Shown here: positions 58,049 to 64,000 of the stretch, one piece after another | Layout: every line of letters begins with the position of its first letter | Numbering within the stretch: the stretch's first letter is position 1 | Source of the DNA: Anthoceros angustus | Lineage: Eukaryota; Plantae; Anthocerotophyta | Length of the DNA stretch: 64,000 bases | Assembly (NCBI GenBank): GCA_010909165.1 | Contig: MU008173.1 | Coordinates: forward strand, 992,001-1,056,000 | Direction: 5' to 3' | The notes under the pieces: model-generated | Database searches by the model: none | Told to the model about the DNA's origin: nothing | The model's input: only the letters and a program-made list of their open reading frames with translations | Made by a program: the position numbers and the translations under genes

Positions 58049-58843
58049 ATGAGTGGCAGATTTGTGAAGAACTGGAGGAGGTCGATCGGCAAAAGATTCG
58101 GAGTATGCTGCAACACAACCGGTGCTTTCGCGTTCAGCTGGGCTGAGCTGGGGCGGTATGACAAAGTAAAATTCAAGATCACCACCACCACTCAAGAGCC
58201 CATATTTCGACGAAGACATAAGTTGAGTCCCATGGAGTGGGAGATTGTGGACAAGCGATGCAAGGAGTTGGCAAAGGCAGGGCTGATTAGGAAGTCAACC
58301 TCTCAATACGCTGCTGCCACGGTGTTGCCGTTGAAGAAGGATGAGAATGGTGAATGGAAGGACAGGCGAATGTGCGGGGATTATCGCACGTTGAACGAAG
58401 TCACACCTATGGAGCGGTACCCCATGCCCACTCCTGATGAAATTTTTGATGCCATAGGGCAAGCCAAGTATTTCACTACAGTGGACTTTCGATCTGGGTT
58501 CAACCAGATTGTCATTGAAGAGGGAGACAAGTGTAAGACAGCGTTTTGGGGCAAGGATCAACTTTGGGAATGGGAAACGATGCCGTTTGGCTTGAAGAAC
58601 GCATCTATATACTTTCAGCGGGTAGCTGACTTAGAGCTACAAGGGCTGCCCTTTGTGAGGTGCTACATAGACGATATTCTGGTATTTAGTAACACATTAG
58701 GGGAACATCTTGAACACCTGGAAGTCCTGCTGCAGAGATTGGCCAAGTCGGGGTTGAAAGCACATCCCAAAAAGTGCAAGTTTGCCTACAAAGAGATAGA
58801 GTATTTGGGACATAAGATTGTTCCAGGTGGGGTGCTGCCTTAG
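58049..58843 (+). pseudogene. Ty3/Gypsy reverse transcriptase
   Basis: GLIRKSTSQYAAATVLPLKKD..RRMCGDYRTLN..YPMPTPDEIF..FTTVDFRSGFNQI..KTAF..WETMPFGLKNA..FQR..YIDDILVFS..KKCKF..IEYLGHKI. Stops and frameshift at the RT-RNase H connection. Confidence 0.95.
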
Positions 58844-58869
58844 TTGGCCAAGGTATAGGCGGTGAACCT

Positions 58870-59340
58870 CATGCCCAGCCAAAGATGTTGCCACCTTGAG
58901 GGCCTTCCTGGGGCTTGTCAACTACTATCGTCGTTTCATCAGAAACATGAGTGGAACCTGCAAAGTGCTGTATGACTTGCTCAAGAAAGGTGCCCGCTGG
59001 CAGTGGGGTCATGCACAGGAACAAGCATGGCAGGAGCTAAAGAACCAGTTGACGGAGAGACCAATGCTTAGAAGGCCCAACTTTGACAAACTTTTCATCT
59101 TATATACGGACTGGAGTGCAGCCGGGATTGGAGCAGTGTTGGCACAAGCAGATGAAGAGGGGAAGGAGCGGGTTGTCGCATACGCAAGTAGGTCCAACAA
59201 TACAGTAGAAACAAATTATTCGTCTTATGAAGGCGAATGCTTAGCAGCAGATATGGTGTTGCATTTCGGGTATATTTGTTTGGCCGAGCTCACGGACCAT
59301 CACCACCACCACATTGGCTAATGACGATATGAAGTTAAGC
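58870..59340 (+). pseudogene. Ty3/Gypsy RNase H (partial second RT-end/RNase H copy at ~60330-60900)
   Basis: LRAFLGLVNYYRRFI..FILYTDWSAAGIGAVLAQ..VVAYASRSNN..NYSSYEGECLAA. Confidence 0.9.
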
Positions 59341-62300
59341 GGAAAGCTTGCTAGGTGGGCACTCGCCTCATCACGCAAGGTGTTCAAACGATCGTGGATT
59401 CTCAAAGAAGTTCCACTGGAAGATGTAGAAGCCGGTGACCAAGGTGCATAAACGCTTGGCCACTTTGGTGTCAAACGGACGCATCACATGCTCAAGAACA
59501 CATACTGGGTCCGTATGTATGGCGTTGAGAAGGTGGTTGCCAAGTGCGCGCTTGTGATGCCGTAAAAGCCGTGTTTAATAGTCAAGATGTCATGCGCACT
59601 CATTACCTATCGGGGCTTTTCTTCGATGGTCCGTAGACTTGATGCCCGAGCCGCCGGTTACAAACAGGCAATCGACATCGTATGCTCATGATAGAACACT
59701 TCTCAAAGTGGGTTGAGCTAGCCTTCCTTCCGGCCGGAAGCTCACGACAAGGTGTTCGTAAACGATCGTGGGATTCTCAAAGAAGTTCCGCCCGTGGAAG
59801 ACAGAAAGCGGCTGGTGACCAAGGTGCATAAAACGCTTGGCCACTTCGGTGTCAAACGAACGCATGATATGCTCAAGAATACATATTTCTGGTCAGGTAT
59901 GTATGCTGACGTTGAGAAGATGGTTGCCAAGTGCGCCGCTTGCGATGCTGTAAAAGCCAGATTTAACAGCCAAGATGTCATGCTGCACTCATTGCCTATC
60001 AGGGGGCTTTTCTTCAGGTGGTCCGTAGACTTGATGCCCGAGCCGCTACCAAACAGGCAATCGACATCGTATGCTCATGATAGAACACTTTCAAAGTGGG
60101 TTGAGCTAGCCTTCCTTCCGGCCGAGCTCACAGACACAAAGACGAGCCTTCTTGCAGTGTGTTCTTAGTAGATATGGGAGTTGTCAAGTATTAGCCGGCA
60201 GGCAATGAGGTGAGTTTCAATATTTGCTTAATAGTAGCCGATTGATCACGGACATCACGAGATCATCCACAAGTGACGGGTTGGCGGAGCGGTTGGTTCA
60301 AACCTTCAAGGATTCGCCGCAATCGCATCGGGTTGAAAGCACATCCCAAAAGTGCAAGTTTGCCTACAAAGAGATAGAGTATTTGGGACATAAGATTGTT
60401 CCGTGGGTGGCCACCAAGGTGGCGGAACCTCATGCCCACTCCAAAGATGTTGCCACCTTGAGGGCCTTCGGGCTTGTCAACTACTATCGTCGTTTCATCG
60501 AAACATGAGTGGAACCCGCAGTCGTATGACTTGCTCAAGAAAGGTGCATAAACGCTTGGCCACTTTGGTGTCAAACGGACGCATCACATGCTTAAGAACC
60601 AGTTGAGAGACCAATGCTTAGAAGGCCCAACTTTGACAAACTTTTCATCTTATATACGACCGGAGGCACGGATTGGAGCAAAGGTTGGCACAAGATGAAG
60701 AGGGAAGGAGCGGGTTGTCGACACGCAAGTAGGTCCAACAATACGCCAGAAGCAAATTATTCGTCTTATGAAGGCGAATGCTTAGCAGAAGATGGAAGTG
60801 TACTGCATATATGTATTTAGCCCAATTGTCACGGACCATCACCACTACATTGGCTAATGACGAATATGAAGTTAAGCGGAAAGCTTGCTAGGTGGGCACG
60901 CTGTATCACGACGGCAAGGTGTTCAAACGATCACGGGATTCTCAAAGAAGTTCCACTGGAAGATGTAGAAGCCGGTGACCAAGGTGCATAAACGCTTGGC
61001 CACTTTGGTGTCAAACGACGATCACATGCTTAAGAACACATACTGGGTCCGTATGTATGCCGACGTGAGAAGGTGGTTGCTGGCGCGCCGCTTGTGATGC
61101 CGTAAAAGCCGTTTAATAGTCAAGATGTCATGCCGCACTCATTACCTATCGTGGGGCTTTTCTTCGATGGTCCAGTAGACTTGATGCCCGAGCCGCTACC
61201 AAACAGGCAATCGACATCGTATGCTCATGATAGAACACTTTCAAAGTGGGTTGAGCTAGCCTTCCTTCCGGCCGAGCTCAAAGACACAAAGACGAGCCTT
61301 CTTGGCAAAGGTGTTCTTAGTAGATATGGGAGCAGCCGGGCATTGATGCATCAGTGGCAATGAATTCGAGGTGAGTTTCGCGCCGCTTGACCGTAGCCCG
61401 ATTGATCACAGTGACATCACGAGATCATCCACAAGCCGACGGGTTGGCGGAGCGGTTGGTTCAAACCTTCAAGGATTCGCCGCAAATACCGCACTGTTGA
61501 GCCTAGTTGTTGGGATGAGTTGCCGCCATATGTGGCATTGGGTTCTGGATAAGCGACAGCGCCTTGGGTAACTTCACCATATTACATCATGTTCGCCGAA
61601 ACGCGTGATGCCAAACATTGTAGCGGATACATACCCAAGCCGCTGAATCGGGCACAGGACCCCGAGGTGTGCCTTTGAGTTGCAACAGAGAACGGTTGTT
61701 CCAACGGTAATGCCAATGGCGATGGACAATCCGCCATAGCACAAGACCGGACCAACTTAGATATGCATTCACAAGAGGTGGTTCGTGGAAACCAAAAGCA
61801 AGAAAGTTTGAAGTGGAGATTTCGTATTTACAAAGATCGATGGTCCAGTAGACTTGATGCCCGAGCCGCTACCAAACAGGCAATCGACGTATGCTCATGA
61901 TAGAACACTTTCAAAGTGGGTTGAGCTAGCCTTCCTTCCGGCCGAGCTCACAGACACAAAGACGAGCCTTCTTGCAGTGTGTTCTTAGTAGATATGGGAG
62001 TTGTCAAGTATTAGCCGGCAGGCAATGAGGTGAGTTTCAATATTTGCTTAATAGTAGCCGATTGATCACGGACATCACGAGATCATCCACAAGTCGACGG
62101 GTTGGCGGAGCGGTTGGTTCAAACCTTCAAGGATTCGCCGCAATCGCATCGGGTTGAGCCTAGTTGTTGGGATGAGTTGCCGCCATATGTGGCATTGGGT
62201 TCTGGATAAGCGCATGTGCCTTGGGTAACTTCACCATATTACATCATGTTCGCCGAAACGCGTGATGCCAAACATTGTAGCGGATACATACCCAAGCCGT

Positions 62301-63160
62301 TGAATCGGGCACAGGACCCCGAGGTGTGCCTTTGAGTTGCAACAGAGAACGGTTGTTCCAACGGTAATGCCAATGGCGATGGACAATCCGCCATAGCACA
62401 AGACCGGACCAACTTAGATATGCATTCACAAGAGGTGGTTCGTGGAAACCAAAAGCAAGAAAGTTTGAAGTGGAGATTTCGTATTTACAAAGATCGATGG
62501 TCCAGTAGACTTGATGCCCGAGCCGCTACCAAACAGGCAATCGACGTATGCTCATGATAGAACACTTTCAAAGTGGGTTGAGCTAGCCTTCCTTCCGGCC
62601 GAGCTCACAGACACAAAGACGAGCCTTCTTGCAGGTGTTCTTAGTAGATATGGGAGTTGTGTCAAGCGCATCGGCAATGAATTCGAGGTGAGTTTCGCTA
62701 CCGCTGACCGTAGCCCGATTGATCACGGACATCACGAGATCATCCACAAGCCGACGGGTTGGCGGAGCGTTGGTTCAAACCTTCAAGGATTCGCCGCAAC
62801 ACCGCATCTGAGCCTAGTTGTTGGGATGAGTTGCCGCCATATGTGGCATTGGGTTACGGATAAGCGACAGCGCCTTGGGTAACTTCACCATATTACATCA
62901 TGTTCGCCGAAACGCGTGATGCCAAACATTGTAGCGGATACATACCCAAGCCGTTGAATCGGGCACAGGACCCCGAGGTGTGCCTTTGAGTTGCAACAGA
63001 ACGGTTATTCCAACGGGTAATGCCAATGGCGATGGACAATCCGCCATAGCACAAAGACCGGATCAACTTAGATATGCATTCACAAGAGGTGGTTCGTGGA
63101 AACCAAAAGCAAGAAAGTTTGAAGTGGAGATTTCGTATTTACAAAGATCGACCGCACCTT
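59340..63160 (+). pseudogene. Integrase in about five overlapping partial copies (~59340-59750, 59750-60300, 60900-61830, 61830-62490, 62490-63160)
   Basis: HHCC motif VHKTLGHFGVKRT..YFWSGMYADV..CAACDAVK; core WSVDL, SKWVELA, GNEFEG, GLAERLVQTFK; C-terminal GGSWKPKARKFEV. Confidence 0.87.
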
Positions 63161-63257
63161 AGACGCCAAGACAGTCGCTTAATCTACGCCAGAAAAGGAC
63201 GGAGAGCAAGGTGTAATTGAATTAGAGGGACAGGATGGTCGCCGATGCAAAGAGCAC

Positions 63258-63557
63258 ATGCGGCATCTGGCGCCTTGTCACCTACCCAACCTTGACACAA
63301 GGACGCAACCACAAGCGTGGAAGCCACCAGTTGACCTACCTTGCGGCTCTTGTGGTCACATCACAGATCCTGAGCTGATGCTCCTTTGTGACCAATGTAA
63401 CGGTGGGTATCACATCTTTTGTTTGCGTCCGCCGCTCAAAGAGATTCCAGATGGAGATTGGTTCTGCCATCGGTGCCTTCCACAGATGCTGAATTCGCGA
63501 GCTGGGGGGCTCAGCATACCACCCGCCCGCGAGTCGGGCTCGTCCACAAAAAATTAG
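63258..63557 (+). CDS. PHD finger at the C-terminus of the retrotransposon integrase (C4HC3 at 63342-63476)
   Basis: CGSCGHITDPELMLLCDQCNGGYHIFCLRPPLKEIPDGDWFCHRC. Confidence 0.92.
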   Translation: MRHLAPCHLPNLDTRTQPQAWKPPVDLPCGSCGHITDPELMLLCDQCNGGYHIFCLRPPLKEIPDGDWFCHRCLPQMLNSRAGGLSIPPARESGSSTKN

Positions 63558-64000
63558 GGTTACCCCACATAAGCCCGGCCGCCGTTGTCCGGCAACAAAC
63601 GCGGCAGGTGGAGAGTGAAGGGTGATCAAGCGGTAATATGAAGGAGAGTGTGAGATTTGTTGAAGAACCAGGTTCCTTGTCTAAAGTGGGGTTTCGGGCA
63701 GTCTTGGGTGTGGCCGATGGTGAAGGGACAAGTACGGTGGAGTGAAGAGGTCTTGGGGCGAAGAAGCACCGACGGCAGCCGGTCATAGCCCAATCTGAGA
63801 GTTGCACAGCTCTGTAAGGGATTGTCGAAGCTACCAACAAGGCGTATCCACCGATCCTGCGAAGGAGCAGCAAGTTAGCGAAAGGGGGTGAAGGCGCGCA
63901 AGCATCGATTGGTGCAATTGCCGTGTTTCAAGGCGTCAGCGCTTGTGTGCGATCTCAAGTAGGTCAGTGTACGTGGCGCAGTGAAGGCCTAGCTAACGGT

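Larger units (their letters stand above)
48040..63600 (+). mobile_element. Ty3/Gypsy-type LTR retrotransposon internal region (gag-PR-DNMT-RT-RH-IN-PHD) present as rearranged tandem partial copies. No LTR identified in the window
   Basis: Domain order PR-RT-RH-IN is diagnostic of Ty3/Gypsy. See the sub-features. Confidence 0.9.

Noticed and set aside
63600-64000. Possible extra domain (Tudor-like) or 3' LTR after the PHD finger
   Set aside because: All frames are interrupted, no motif is convincing, and the window ends before it can be resolved.

Overview
Eukaryotic nuclear DNA from a land plant. The compact gene spacing, mostly ~70-110 nt introns and PLS-type PPR relics suggest a non-seed plant such as a hornwort (inference). 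Bases 1-42.6 kb are gene-dense. In order they hold: PPR pseudogene fragments flanking a head-to-head inverted pair of RPL35 genes, an intronless damaged nCBP/eIF4E copy, a PP2C-protein kinase fusion, HAKAI, DNA polymerase theta (TEBICHI), an orphan coiled-coil gene, an intronless eIF(iso)4G, an AT-rich Mid1/FAM155(NALF)-like cysteine-rich secreted protein gene, AP-5 zeta, an F-box gene and iPGAM. From ~43 kb the window is repetitive: three stacked tandem arrays (one with a hairpin core), a 5'-truncated CRE-like non-LTR retrotransposon with a restriction-like endonuclease, and ~15.5 kb of a Ty3/Gypsy-type element. The Gypsy polyprotein reads gag(zinc knuckles)-protease-C5 DNA cytosine methyltransferase-RT-RNase H-integrase-PHD finger. 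This methyltransferase- and PHD-carrying retrotransposon is the most notable system here. It is present as scrambled partial copies joined at microhomologies with many small indels, so assembly artefact must be excluded before trusting copy number or individual lesions.
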